Positions 39,603 through 49,138 of a stretch of DNA of 64,000 nucleotides are shown in pieces; positions within the stretch are counted from its first letter, which is position 1, and each line of letters starts with the position of its first letter. The notes under the pieces were generated by a model. It did no database searches, was not told the DNA's origin, and saw only the letters and a program-made list of their open reading frames with translations. The DNA is from Longimicrobiales bacterium (GTDB taxonomy: Bacteria; Gemmatimonadota; Gemmatimonadetes; Longimicrobiales; Gaopeijiaceae): the NCBI GenBank assembly GCA_965203485.1, contig OZ241892.1:2048001-2112000 (forward strand), given 5' to 3'. A program made the position numbers and the translations under genes.

Positions 39603-40748
39603 ATGCATCCCGTCACTCTCGTGGATTCCCCCGCCGGGGCGGAAGACGTGCGGCGGCGGCTGGCCGACGCCGACGCCGTGGCCGTGGACTGCGAGGCTGC
39701 CGGCTTCCACCGCTATTCCGACCGGCTGTGCCTGGTTCAGGTCTCCGTCGCCGCCCGGACGTTCGTGCTCGATCCGCTCGCCGCGCCCTTGGAGGACTGT
39801 CTCAGGGCCAGCTTGGAGGACCCGGAGACGGCCGTCGTCATGCACGGCGCCTCGTTCGACGTGCGGCTGCTCCGGCGGGACTTGGGAGTTGCCGTGGCGG
39901 GCCTCGTGGACACGCAGGTCCTCGCCTCCTTCGCCGGCGAGCCCGCGGTGGGCCTGCAATCCCTCCTGGAGGCGCGGCTCGGCGTGCGCGTCTCGAAGAA
40001 GTTCCAGCGTGCGGACTGGGCGGCGAGACCGCTCAGCCGCGAGATGATCGACTACGCCGCCGGCGACACCTGCCATCTGCACCGCTTGGCCGAGGCGCTG
40101 GGCGAGTCCGTGCGCAAGAAGGGCCGCGAACTTTGGGCGGACGAGGAGTGCCGCCGCATCGAGCGGGCCGCCGCGCAACCGGAGGAAGAGAAGGACGTCG
40201 ATCCCGTGACGCGCGTGAAGGGCGCAAGCAAGCTGGACGACCGGTCGCTCACGGCGCTTAGGGCGGCGCTTCGCTGGCGGGACGGAATCGCCAGGTCGTG
40301 GGACCGCGCGCCGTTTCGCGTCGCGAGCGACCAAGCGCTGCTGGCCGCCGTGGAGACCCGCCCAGCCGGCAGCGAATCGCTGGCGGGCGTGCCCGGCTTT
40401 CCGCGGAGACTGGCCCGCGGCCCGCGGGGCGCCGAGCTGCTGAGGACGCTGCGGAAGATCGAGAGGGCGCCCGAGGAGACGCTCGTCCCCTATCCGCAGC
40501 CGCCTCGCCGGCCAAATGGAAGACGGGAGCGGCCGGACGAAGCCGTGATGGACCGCCTCAAGGCCGCCCGGAACCGAGCCGCGGACAAGCTGGGCCTGGA
40601 GCGCGGGCGCCTCGTGGCCAACGACGTTCTGCGGGCGGTCGCCGTGGCGCGTCCCTGCGACTTGGGGGCGCTGGAGCGAGTGCCCGGGGTGCGGCGGTGG
40701 CAGGTGGAAGCGCTCGGCGAGCAGATGCTGGCGGCGTTGGGCGAGTAG
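39603..40748 (+). CDS. rnd: Ribonuclease D (DEDDy exonuclease + HRDC)
   Basis: AVDCEAAGFHRYSDRLCLVQ, DTQ, QRADWAARPL, YAAGD, WRDGIARSWDRAPFRV. Confidence 0.88.
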   Translation: MHPVTLVDSPAGAEDVRRRLADADAVAVDCEAAGFHRYSDRLCLVQVSVAARTFVLDPLAAPLEDCLRASLEDPETAVVMHGASFDVRLLRRDLGVAVAGLVDTQVLASFAGEPAVGLQSLLEARLGVRVSKKFQRADWAARPLSREMIDYAAGDTCHLHRLAEALGESVRKKGRELWADEECRRIERAAAQPEEEKDVDPVTRVKGASKLDDRSLTALRAALRWRDGIARSWDRAPFRVASDQALLAAVETRPAGSESLAGVPGFPRRLARGPRGAELLRTLRKIERAPEETLVPYPQPPRRPNGRRERPDEAVMDRLKAARNRAADKLGLERGRLVANDVLRAVAVARPCDLGALERVPGVRRWQVEALGEQMLAALGE

Positions 40749-40778
40749 CGCGAAACCGAGTTCTCGCTCGCTCCCGGG

Positions 40779-41225
40779 TCAGCCGCCGGACGCCTCCAGT
40801 TCGCGCTTGTACTCGATGCAGTAGCGCGCGTGCGGGAGCGCGTCGAGCCTCCGAAAGCTGATGGGCTTCCCGGTCGCGTGGCAACGGCCGAAGTTGTTCG
40901 GATCGTCGCGCAGACGCCGCAACGCTTCTTCGATCCGGTAGAGGTAGCGGCCTTCCTTGGTGGCGAAGAGCGCGGCCTTCTCGCGCTCCATGGCTTCGGT
41001 CCCCTGGTCGGCCATGTGGTCCGTGTAGGTCGCCAAGTCGGTGTCGCCGCCCGCGCCGGCCCGCGCCTCCTTCGCGAACCGGCCCAAGCCTCGGAGCGCC
41101 TTCTCCCGCTCTTCCCGAAGCCGCGTCTCCAGGTGCGCAAGCTGCTCCTTGGTCAAGAGGGCGCCCTCGTCCTTGCTGGACGCACGGGTCTCCTCGTTTC
41201 GCTTGGCAGTTCTTGCGGCCGCCAT
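40779..41225 (-). CDS. DksA/TraR family protein (2-Cys variant)
   Basis: DHMADQGTEAMERE coiled-coil tip, IEEALRRL, FGRCHATGKPISFRRLDALPHARYCIEY. Confidence 0.88.
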   Translation of the reverse strand: MAAARTAKRNEETRASSKDEGALLTKEQLAHLETRLREEREKALRGLGRFAKEARAGAGGDTDLATYTDHMADQGTEAMEREKAALFATKEGRYLYRIEEALRRLRDDPNNFGRCHATGKPISFRRLDALPHARYCIEYKRELEASGG

Positions 41226-41554
41226 GGGCGCCTCCCGTTGTTCTCGCGCCGTCTGCCCCGGCCCGGCCCGCGAGGGCGCGGACGCCGACCGCGACGCGAA
41301 GCGCCTTGAATCTAGCCGGAGCGGCGCAACGAGGCCAACGCGGGGCGCGAGCGCCGCGCGGCCGGCCCGCCGTCGGCTCGACGACCGCGCGACCGGACTT
41401 CCCGAACAGACCAGGGCGGACCTAGACTGTCGGGGTCGGCGCCGCCGGCGAAGGGCTGGCCAAGCATTCCGCCCACCGGCTGGGCTCCTCTCGCGGGCCC
41501 GCCGCCGCCGTTCTCGACGGCAGCCGCCCCGCGCCGCCTTCGCCAGGAGCAACC

Positions 41555-41857
41555 GTGAACACCGTCGCTTGCCGCCGCCACCCCGAGACCCCGGGGCCCG
41601 CCATGGCCGCGCCCCCGTTTCGGTCCGGTCTCGGCGAACGCATCCAGCGCGAAATCTGCGACCGGTGCTGGAAGGACTGGCTACAGCACCAGACGTTGCT
41701 GATCAACCACTTCGGACTCGATCCCAGGAAGCGCGAGGCCCGCGAATTCCTCTACGGCCAAGTCAAGGCGGTCCTGTTCGGCGAAGGCGACGCCGCGACG
41801 ATCGACTCGTCGATGCAGGGCACGATCGGGCCGCCCCCGACAGGCTCTGGGTCATGA
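41555..41857 (+). CDS. yggX: Fe(II)-trafficking / oxidative damage protection protein (YggX)
   Basis: VAC, PPF...LGERI...IC..CWKDWLQHQTLLINHFGLDP...AREFL. Confidence 0.85.
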   Translation: MNTVACRRHPETPGPAMAAPPFRSGLGERIQREICDRCWKDWLQHQTLLINHFGLDPRKREAREFLYGQVKAVLFGEGDAATIDSSMQGTIGPPPTGSGS

Positions 41858-41998
41858 CATGACGACCTGCGCGTCCCCAGCGCGGCCGATCGCCTTTGTT
41901 GATCCGCTTCGAGACCCCGGCTAGACTTCGCCCTGCTGGTTTCGCCCGGTTCGGCAGTCGCTTCACGTGAACGTTCCTCCCGAGAAGGAGCATGGCGG

Positions 41999-44761
41999 AT
42001 GAGACCAGGCCGATGGGCGTGGATCGCGTGCGTTGCGGTGGGATTGCCGGGAGCGAGCGACCAAGCCGCCGCCCAAGGCGCCCTGGCCGGCACCGTAAGG
42101 GCGGCCGGCACCGGAGACGTGCTGCCGGACGCGCGCGTGGCGATCGCCGGCCTCGGACTGGCCCGCGCCACGGACGCGGGCGGCGCGTACGAGATCACCG
42201 GCATTCCGGCCGGCGTCCAGACGGTCGAGTTCCAGTTGCTGGGCTTCCGAACGGAGACGCGCCAAGTCGCGATCGTCGCGGGCGAGACGGCGAGGGTGGA
42301 CGTGATCCTGGAAGAGAGCGCGATCGCGCTGGAAGGGCTCGTCGCGGTGGGCAGCCGGGCGCGGCCCCGGACCGTCACCGAGTCGCCGGTCCCGGTGGAC
42401 GCCATTCCGTCGGCGGAGATCGCCAACCAGGGCGACACGGACTTGAGCAGCCTGCTGCGCAACGTGGCGCCGTCGTACAACGTCAACACGCAACCGATCG
42501 CGGACGCCGCGACGATCTCGCGGCCGGCCAACCTGCGCAACTTGGCGCCCGATCACACGCTGGTGCTGATCAACGGGAAGCGGCGGCACCGGGCAGCGGC
42601 GATCACGTGGTTCGGCAACGGCGTGGCCGACGGCGCCCAAGGGCCCGACATCGCAGTGGTGCCTTCGATCGCGTTGCGCCAAGTCGAGATTCTCCGGGAC
42701 GGCGCATCGGCGCAGTACGGATCAGACGCCATTGCCGGAGTGATGAACTTCGAGCTCAAGAACAGCCGGTCGGGCGGGTCGGCGGAGTTCCGCACCGGCG
42801 CCTATCCTCTGAGCGGGGGCGACGGCGAGATGTACTCGTTCGCCGCAAACGCGGGCTTTCCGCTGGGCGAGCTGGGATTCGCGAACTTCAGCGCCGAGTA
42901 CGGGAACACGAATCCCACAAGCCGCAGCGTGCAACGCAACGACGCGCTCTCTCTCATCGCGGCGGGCAACTTGGACGTCGCGACGCCCGCCCAAGTCTGG
43001 GGTTCTCCAAGGGTCGAGGACGACCTCAAGCTGTGGGGCAACGTCGGCGCGTTCCTGAACGACCGCGTTCAGTTCTACGCGCACGGCAACTTTGCCTCGA
43101 AGCGCGTCACGGGCGGCTTCTACTTCCGCAATCCGAACTCGCGCCAAGCCATCTTCAGCAACGACGAAGGCGAGACGCTGCTCGTCGCCGACATGCTGGA
43201 CGCCAGCGACGGCGTGCTCGACGGCTCGGCCAACTGCCCGGTGGTTCGGATCACCGCGGGCCGACCCGATCCGGCGGCCCTGCAACAGGTGTTCGACGAC
43301 CCCAACTGCTTTTCGTTTCGCGAGGTCTTCCCCGGCGGCTACACGCCTCAATTCGGGGCGGACTATCTGGACGCCTCCGTCGTGGCCGGCGCGAAGGGCG
43401 AGAGCGGCGGGTTCGCGTGGGACGCCAGCACGACGTTCGGAACAAACAGGCTGGACTTCTTCATTCACGAGACGACCAACGCGTCGTTGGGGCCGAACAC
43501 GCCCACGAGCTTCGAACTGGGCGTCTACCAGCAGCAGGACCTCAACTTGAACGCGGACTTCTCCTATGCGGCCGGCGACATGGTGAACTTGGCCGGCGGC
43601 GGCGAGTGGCGGAGCGAAGGATTCGAGATCGGGATGGGCCAGCGGGAGTCGTGGGAAATCGGCCCGCTCGCGGCACAGGGATTCAGGGCGGCGGCGGACG
43701 GGTTCCCGGGGTTCGGGCCAATCGCCGCGGGCAGCTGGAGCCGGGCCAATTACGCCTTCTACGGCGACGCCGAGCTCCGCGAGCCGGACGAAGGGCGGTG
43801 GAACCTGGGCGCCGCGATCCGCTTCGAGGACTTCGAGAGCTTTGGCACCACGCTGAACGGCAAGCTCGCGGGACGCTACGGACTCACGGACGCCTTGGCG
43901 TTGCGCGGGAGCGTCAGCACGGGCTTCCGCGCCCCGACGCCCGGCCAGCAGAACGCCTTCAACGTGACGACGGAGTTCGACAGGGAACTGAACGCGCCGG
44001 TCAACAAGGCGACGATCGCGTCGTCCTCCGAAGTCGCCAAGCTGCGTGACGGTCGAGCGCTGGACCCGGAGACTTCGCTCAACGTCGCCCTCGGGGCGGT
44101 GATGGGGTGGACGCAACTCAACTTGACGGTCGACTACTTTCGCATCGCGGTGGCGAGCCGCATCTCGCTGACGCAGGACTTCAGGCTGACGCAAGCCGAG
44201 GTGGACCAGCTTCTGGCCGAGGGCATCTCCAGCGCAGGCGACGTGCGCGACTTCCGCTTCTTCACCAACGACTTCGACACGCGCACGCACGGCGTGGACG
44301 TCGTGGCCACGTATCAGCCCGAGGCGCTGGAGGACAACACCACGTTCACCTTCCTGTTCAATCACACGGACACCAAGGTGACGAGCTACAGCCCCGACGT
44401 GCTGGACGAACGGCGCATCCTCGAGCTCCGGAGGGCCCTTCCGCGCAGCCGCTGGAACCTGTCGGCCACGCACGCGCCGGCGCCCTGGCGCTTCCTCGTC
44501 CGCATGAACTACTTCGGCGGCTGGTACGATTCGGAGGACGTGCGCTTCAACGACGCAGGCGTCACGGTCGACATGGAGGCCGCGTACTCCGTCACGGAGG
44601 CGGCCAGCTTCACCGTCGGCGCGCAGAACGCGCTCAACAAGTTCCCCGGCCTCAATCCCAACGCGCCGCAGGTCGGCAACCCGTACAGCCAGTTCTCGCC
44701 CTACGGCTTCAACGGCGCCTTCTTCTACGCCCGGCTCAGCTACCAGTGGAGCTGGAACTAG
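41999..44761 (+). CDS. TonB-dependent receptor with N-terminal carboxypeptidase-regulatory-like domain
   Basis: Signal peptide, plug (ESPVPVD, LRNLAPDHTLVLINGKRRH, EILRDGASAQYGSDAIAGVMN), STGFRAPT, C-terminal GFNGAFFYARLSYQW. Confidence 0.93.
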   Translation: MRPGRWAWIACVAVGLPGASDQAAAQGALAGTVRAAGTGDVLPDARVAIAGLGLARATDAGGAYEITGIPAGVQTVEFQLLGFRTETRQVAIVAGETARVDVILEESAIALEGLVAVGSRARPRTVTESPVPVDAIPSAEIANQGDTDLSSLLRNVAPSYNVNTQPIADAATISRPANLRNLAPDHTLVLINGKRRHRAAAITWFGNGVADGAQGPDIAVVPSIALRQVEILRDGASAQYGSDAIAGVMNFELKNSRSGGSAEFRTGAYPLSGGDGEMYSFAANAGFPLGELGFANFSAEYGNTNPTSRSVQRNDALSLIAAGNLDVATPAQVWGSPRVEDDLKLWGNVGAFLNDRVQFYAHGNFASKRVTGGFYFRNPNSRQAIFSNDEGETLLVADMLDASDGVLDGSANCPVVRITAGRPDPAALQQVFDDPNCFSFREVFPGGYTPQFGADYLDASVVAGAKGESGGFAWDASTTFGTNRLDFFIHETTNASLGPNTPTSFELGVYQQQDLNLNADFSYAAGDMVNLAGGGEWRSEGFEIGMGQRESWEIGPLAAQGFRAAADGFPGFGPIAAGSWSRANYAFYGDAELREPDEGRWNLGAAIRFEDFESFGTTLNGKLAGRYGLTDALALRGSVSTGFRAPTPGQQNAFNVTTEFDRELNAPVNKATIASSSEVAKLRDGRALDPETSLNVALGAVMGWTQLNLTVDYFRIAVASRISLTQDFRLTQAEVDQLLAEGISSAGDVRDFRFFTNDFDTRTHGVDVVATYQPEALEDNTTFTFLFNHTDTKVTSYSPDVLDERRILELRRALPRSRWNLSATHAPAPWRFLVRMNYFGGWYDSEDVRFNDAGVTVDMEAAYSVTEAASFTVGAQNALNKFPGLNPNAPQVGNPYSQFSPYGFNGAFFYARLSYQWSWN

Positions 44762-44806
44762 GGTCGCGCGTCGGCGCGGCCCGGCCGACACGGGCCGCTC
44801 GTCCGC

Positions 44807-44895
44807 GCTCGTCTTGAGCCGCCACGAAGGCGGCCGTCGTCGCGCCGGCCCCGAAGGGGCGGCGCCCTGCCTCGCTCAGCTCGTCTTGAGCCGCC
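44807..44895. repeat. 17-bp direct repeat duplicating the tatA 3' end
   Basis: GCTCGTCTTGAGCCGCC at 44807-44823 and 44879-44895. Confidence 0.75.
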
Positions 44896-45133
44896 TGGGT
44901 TCGCCCTCCTCGGAGGAGTCCTGGCTTCTGGAAGCCAAGGGCTCGCGAGGCGTGGACTTGACGTCGGCGTCGGTACGGACCGAAGACTGAATCTCGCGCA
45001 CGGACGACTTGAACTCTCTGATTCCCTTCCCCAGGGACGAGCCGATCTCGGGCAACCGCTTCGCTCCGAAGAGAAGCAGAACCACCACGAAGACGAAGAT
45101 CATCTCGCCGGGGCCGAACGAGCCGAACGGCAT
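44876..45133 (-). CDS. tatA: Twin-arginine translocase TatA/E subunit
   Basis: FGPGEMIFVFVVVLLLFGAKRLPEIGSSLGKGIREFK. Confidence 0.94.
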   Translation of the reverse strand: MPFGSFGPGEMIFVFVVVLLLFGAKRLPEIGSSLGKGIREFKSSVREIQSSVRTDADVKSTPREPLASRSQDSSEEGEPRRLKTS

Positions 45134-45305
45134 TTTCACCTCCTGGGCCCTAGGGGCTCCCCGGCGGCCGCGTGCCGACAGGGCTGAACCGTGAAATGTA
45201 AGCCCGCGACGGACGGGGCGCCTGCGCGCAACTCGCCGCGCCAATCCGGCGTGTCCCTGCAACGCCGACCTGCACCGGGCCACGAGCCTTGCCCGGGACC
45301 ACGAA

Positions 45306-45584
45306 CTACATCCAGGACCTCACGACCACCGCCACGACGCCGATCGACAGCAGCACCAGCGCGTTGAGCGTGAATCCGACCGGTCCCACGGATATGGTCA
45401 TCGTGACCAAATCGAGGGAAAACGGCCCCACCGAGCCCGAGACGCCCGCCGTGAAGAAGGTGCGGGCCGTGCTCTCGGGGAGGCCCTCTGCCAGCTTCGT
45501 CAGCAAGCCGCCCAGGACGAAGCCCACGACGGCGGTCAGCGCCGCCCGGTTGACGCGGCCCTTGCGGATCGGATCCATGCGCAA
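45306..45584 (-). CDS. Small membrane protein (DUF4321-like)
   Basis: GFVLGGLL...LPES.ARTFFT...GPFSLDL...LNALVLLSI. Confidence 0.75.
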   Translation of the reverse strand: MRMDPIRKGRVNRAALTAVVGFVLGGLLTKLAEGLPESTARTFFTAGVSGSVGPFSLDLVTMTISVGPVGFTLNALVLLSIGVVAVVVRSWM

Positions 45585-45603
45585 TTGGTCTCCAGTCGGT
45601 CTG

Positions 45604-46608
45604 TCAGCGTGAGCGCTCGACGGCGTAGACGACCGATTCGCGCAACGCGTCCAGGGCGTCGCACGGCGCCAGGCCGTCCAGCGCGGCTTCAGCGGCGGTC
45701 GCGTAGTCGCGGGCCTTCGAGCGGGCGTATTCCAATCCTCCGTGCTCGATCACCAAGCCGACCACTTCGTGGACCTGCGCCTCGCTCGGCCGGTCGGAAC
45801 CGAACATGTCGCGCACGCGCTTGACGCCCCCGGGGGGCATCCGGCGCAAGGCGCCGACGAGAGGCAGCGTGACTTTGCGCTCGCGCAGGTCCTGGCCGGG
45901 AGGCTTGCCGGTCTCTCCCTGGCTTCCCGCGTAGTCGAGCACGTCGTCCGCGATCTGGAACGCAGTGCCCAGAGATCGCCCGAAGCAACGGAGCGGGCGG
46001 CGATACTCGCCGTGGCCGGCGAGCGCTCCCATCTCGCAGGCCGCGGCCATGAGCGACGCGGTCTTGGCGTCCACCAAGCGAAAGTACTCTTCTTCGGAGT
46101 ACTCGATGTCGTCGTAGGAAAGGAGTTGCCGCATCTCGCCCACGCTCATCTCGTTGGCGGCCGACGCCAGGACGCGCAGGGCCTCCAGATTGCCCAGGAC
46201 GGACAGCTCGGTCACGGAGCGGCTGTACAAGTAGTCGCCCATGATGATGGCGATCTGGTGCGTCCACAGCGAGTTGACCGTGGGCATGCCGCGGCGCAGA
46301 GGCGAGTGGTCCACGGCGTCGTCGTGGAGCAGCGTCGCCATGTGCACCAGTTCAACGGCGACGGCCATCCGCGTCGCCTCCGCGCGCGCCTCTCCGCCGA
46401 GTTCGCTGGACAGCAGAAGGAGCGTGGGCCTGAACAGCTTTCCCGGCACTGCCAGCAGATAGGCGTTGACCTCCTCGATCATCGAAAGGTCGGACGACGC
46501 GATGCGACGCAAGCCATGCGCGACTTCGGCCAGGCGACCCTCGACCGGGGCCTGAATGTGCGGCAGCTGCGCCGCGGCGCGGTCCAGCGTCGGTGCGAGG
46601 TTCTTCAT
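45604..46608 (-). CDS. Polyprenyl diphosphate synthase
   Basis: GKLFRP, ELVHMATLLHDDAVD, RRG, GDYL, KTASL, AFQIADDVLD, GQDLRERKVTLP. Confidence 0.94.
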   Translation of the reverse strand: MKNLAPTLDRAAAQLPHIQAPVEGRLAEVAHGLRRIASSDLSMIEEVNAYLLAVPGKLFRPTLLLLSSELGGEARAEATRMAVAVELVHMATLLHDDAVDHSPLRRGMPTVNSLWTHQIAIIMGDYLYSRSVTELSVLGNLEALRVLASAANEMSVGEMRQLLSYDDIEYSEEEYFRLVDAKTASLMAAACEMGALAGHGEYRRPLRCFGRSLGTAFQIADDVLDYAGSQGETGKPPGQDLRERKVTLPLVGALRRMPPGGVKRVRDMFGSDRPSEAQVHEVVGLVIEHGGLEYARSKARDYATAAEAALDGLAPCDALDALRESVVYAVERSR

Positions 46609-46639
46609 GCGCGAGAGCGGGAGGGAAGCAAGGCCAAAG

Positions 46640-47671
46640 CTAGCATTGTTTGCCCCCGGCGTCCGTCGGCGCCAAGTGCCGGGCGGCTCTGCGGGCCAGC
46701 ACGCGGTCGGGCGACCAGTCGCGAACACGAAGCGCCTCGGCCGCGGACTGCTCGGCGAGCGCGTCCGGCAGCAGGCCGATCACCTCGGAACTCTCGGCCT
46801 TGCCTCCGTGCCGGCGCGCCCCGCGCTCGACCGCGGCAAACACCGCCGCCGGTGGCGCCGCCGCAAGGTCGCCGACGGTCATCGATACCTGCAGCCGGCC
46901 CTGCCTGGGCAGGCTCAGCGCGAGGGCCCGGACGCTCGGCAGGCCGCCGCCCGATTCGCGAACTTCGGCCGCGATCTCCTTGGCCGCCGCCATCGGCACG
47001 CCGGCCAAGTCGACGTTCCAGGCCAACAGGACGTCGCGCGCACCCACGCAGACGGCGCCCGCGGTCGGGTGCGCATAGAAGCGAGCCGGGCGTCCGGCGG
47101 CGTCCAGGCCGGGCAGATCCGCCGGACGCGGATCGTCGCGCGCGGAGCCGTCCGGACGCGACGGCTCCGCCGGACCGCCGCCCACGGCCGCCTCCCGCCG
47201 CGCCAGACGTTCGAAGCCGCCACGGCGGATCGTCGCGAGCCCGCGCCCCGGAGGAACCGACGATCGCCCGTACAAATAGATGGGCACGCCCATCCCCGCC
47301 AGCCGCTTGGCGGCGCTCGCGGCCGCCGACTCCGCCTCGGCCGTGTCTCTCCCGGCCACGGGGAAGAAGGGCAACACGTCCATCGCCCCCACGCGCGGAT
47401 GCACGCCTCGGTGCCGACGCATGTCCACTCGCTCCAGCGCCGCCGCCAGGGCCGCCGCCGATCCGTCCACCAGCGCCGCCGCGCTCCCCAGGACCGTCAG
47501 CACGCACCGGTGGTGGTCCGGGTCGGCGGTCGCGTGGGCCACGTCGCATCCGGCGTCGGAGTAGGCCGCCGCCACCGCTTCCCCGAACGCCGGGTCGCGG
47601 CCCTCGCTGAAGTTCGGCGCCGCGGCCAGGACCCCGCCTCCGCTCGCCGGCCCCGACGCTGCTCCCGCCAT
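46640..47671 (-). CDS. Glutamate formimidoyltransferase
   Basis: PNFSEGRD, DPDHHRCVLT, DMRRHRGVHPRVGAMDVLPFFP, IRRGGFE, HPTAGAVCVGAR. Confidence 0.9.
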   Translation of the reverse strand: MAGAASGPASGGGVLAAAPNFSEGRDPAFGEAVAAAYSDAGCDVAHATADPDHHRCVLTVLGSAAALVDGSAAALAAALERVDMRRHRGVHPRVGAMDVLPFFPVAGRDTAEAESAAASAAKRLAGMGVPIYLYGRSSVPPGRGLATIRRGGFERLARREAAVGGGPAEPSRPDGSARDDPRPADLPGLDAAGRPARFYAHPTAGAVCVGARDVLLAWNVDLAGVPMAAAKEIAAEVRESGGGLPSVRALALSLPRQGRLQVSMTVGDLAAAPPAAVFAAVERGARRHGGKAESSEVIGLLPDALAEQSAAEALRVRDWSPDRVLARRAARHLAPTDAGGKQC

Positions 47672-47738
47672 TGCTCCGCCCGGCCCGACGACGGCCGGCC
47701 GCTCGCCCGTCTTCTCGCCGTCCCCCGAGCCGCGGCCG

Positions 47739-48869
47739 CTACGTCGGCCCGGTTCCACGACGCCGGTCCAGGCTTCGGTTGTTCGCCTGCGTCTGGTACG
47801 CCCAGTCGAAGACGACGAACTCGCGGCCGTTCTGGTCGATGCCCGTGCTCTCGACCCGCACAGCGCCGAAGCGGACCTGCCGGTCGTCGCCGAGAACGCG
47901 GAACATCGCCGTGAATCCGGCCGCCGCCCGAATCGGGCTGGCGCCGTAGCCCCTGGCGGGCGCCTCGTCCCACGACACGCAGTCGGCGTCCGAGGCCGGC
48001 CCGCAGGCCAGCGCCGTCGTCGCCCGCGTCGAGCGGTGCGCGCCGACGCCCTCCGCCGGCTCGATCCAGAGGCCGTCCTCGCGGGCGTCGACCCGAAAGT
48101 GGCGAGACGGATCGGCCCCGCCCGTAACCGCCTGGTCGGCGTCCGAGGTGGTGAAGCGAAAGCCCGAAGAATCGGGAGCGTCCCGGTGCGCGAGCACGAC
48201 TTCGCCCGCGTAGTCGGGACGCGGCGTTGCGCGCGCCGCCGGGCTGCCGCGGCTTTCGTGTCCGTGCAGGTCGCTCGACGTCACGAAGTAGGCGTAGGTC
48301 GTCCCGTTCTCGGCCAAGAAGTCGACGAAGCCGGGCGAATCGGTGTCGCCGAGCCGCACGCTCTCGTCCGATTCGTCCAGGTAGACCGCGTACAGCGAAA
48401 AGTCCTCCTCGTCCGCGGGCGCGTTGTCCCAACTGATGTACACGGCTCCGTCGAGCGCAACGGCGTCGACGAACGTGGGAGCCGGCGGGGGTTCGGGCCG
48501 CGGCACGCTCACCGACACCTCGCGGCTCGGGCTCTCCGGCCCGCCGCGGGGCGAGACCGCCGAGACGTAGTAGAAGTAAGTGACGCCCGGCGCCACGTTG
48601 AGGTCCCGGTACGCGCACCACCCCGCCGAACAACTCGTCACTTCGGCGACGAAGGCGTAGGCCGCGTCCGTCTCCCGCTTGGCGTAGACGCGGAACGACT
48701 CGCCGTCCCACTGCGCGCCCAGGCGCCATTCCAAGTCCACGCCCCCGGCGTAGTACGATGCCCGCACGTCTTCGGGCGCGGCGGGCGCGGCGCCCACCAC
48801 CAGAACGCTTTCCTCGTCGCAACCGGCCAGCGCCAAGACGGCCAGGCACGTCGTTCCCATTCTCTTCAT
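47739..48869 (-). CDS. Lipoprotein with fibronectin type III-like repeats
   Basis: MKRMGTTCLAVLALAGC lipobox; PAAP...V.L.W...Y.Y.V..V...ES..S pattern occurs twice. Confidence 0.8.
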   Translation of the reverse strand: MKRMGTTCLAVLALAGCDEESVLVVGAAPAAPEDVRASYYAGGVDLEWRLGAQWDGESFRVYAKRETDAAYAFVAEVTSCSAGWCAYRDLNVAPGVTYFYYVSAVSPRGGPESPSREVSVSVPRPEPPPAPTFVDAVALDGAVYISWDNAPADEEDFSLYAVYLDESDESVRLGDTDSPGFVDFLAENGTTYAYFVTSSDLHGHESRGSPAARATPRPDYAGEVVLAHRDAPDSSGFRFTTSDADQAVTGGADPSRHFRVDAREDGLWIEPAEGVGAHRSTRATTALACGPASDADCVSWDEAPARGYGASPIRAAAGFTAMFRVLGDDRQVRFGAVRVESTGIDQNGREFVVFDWAYQTQANNRSLDRRRGTGPT

Positions 48870-48952
48870 TTGCTTCCCCCTCGGTCGGCGTGAAGGCGCC
48901 GGTCCGCAAGCGGGCGGCCGACGCGATGCTGTTTTTCCCAGCCGACTCCCTT

Positions 48953-48967
48953 GCATGGTCCGTGCCG
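48953..48967 (-). promoter_or_regulatory. Putative sigma54 (-24/-12) promoter
   Basis: CGGCACG-GACC-ATGC vs consensus TGGCACG-N4-TTGC, about 85 nt upstream of the FN3 lipoprotein. Confidence 0.5.
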
Positions 48968-49138
48968 GAAACGCCAACCATGGCAGGCCTGCAAATTGCG
49001 CGAACGAGAGGCGCCGGGATGTAGCGCGGAGGAGACACGTCGGACACACGCGCGCGAGCCGCCGCGAGAGGCAACCGGGAACGCGGGCGGCCGACCGGCA
49101 CACGGCGACGGCGTGGGCGCAGGCCCGCAACGGCCATG

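Noticed and set aside
41858..41998. Riboswitch (cobalamin/TPP) or Fur box upstream of the TonB-dependent receptor
   Set aside because: No recognisable conserved motifs in the 140-bp spacer
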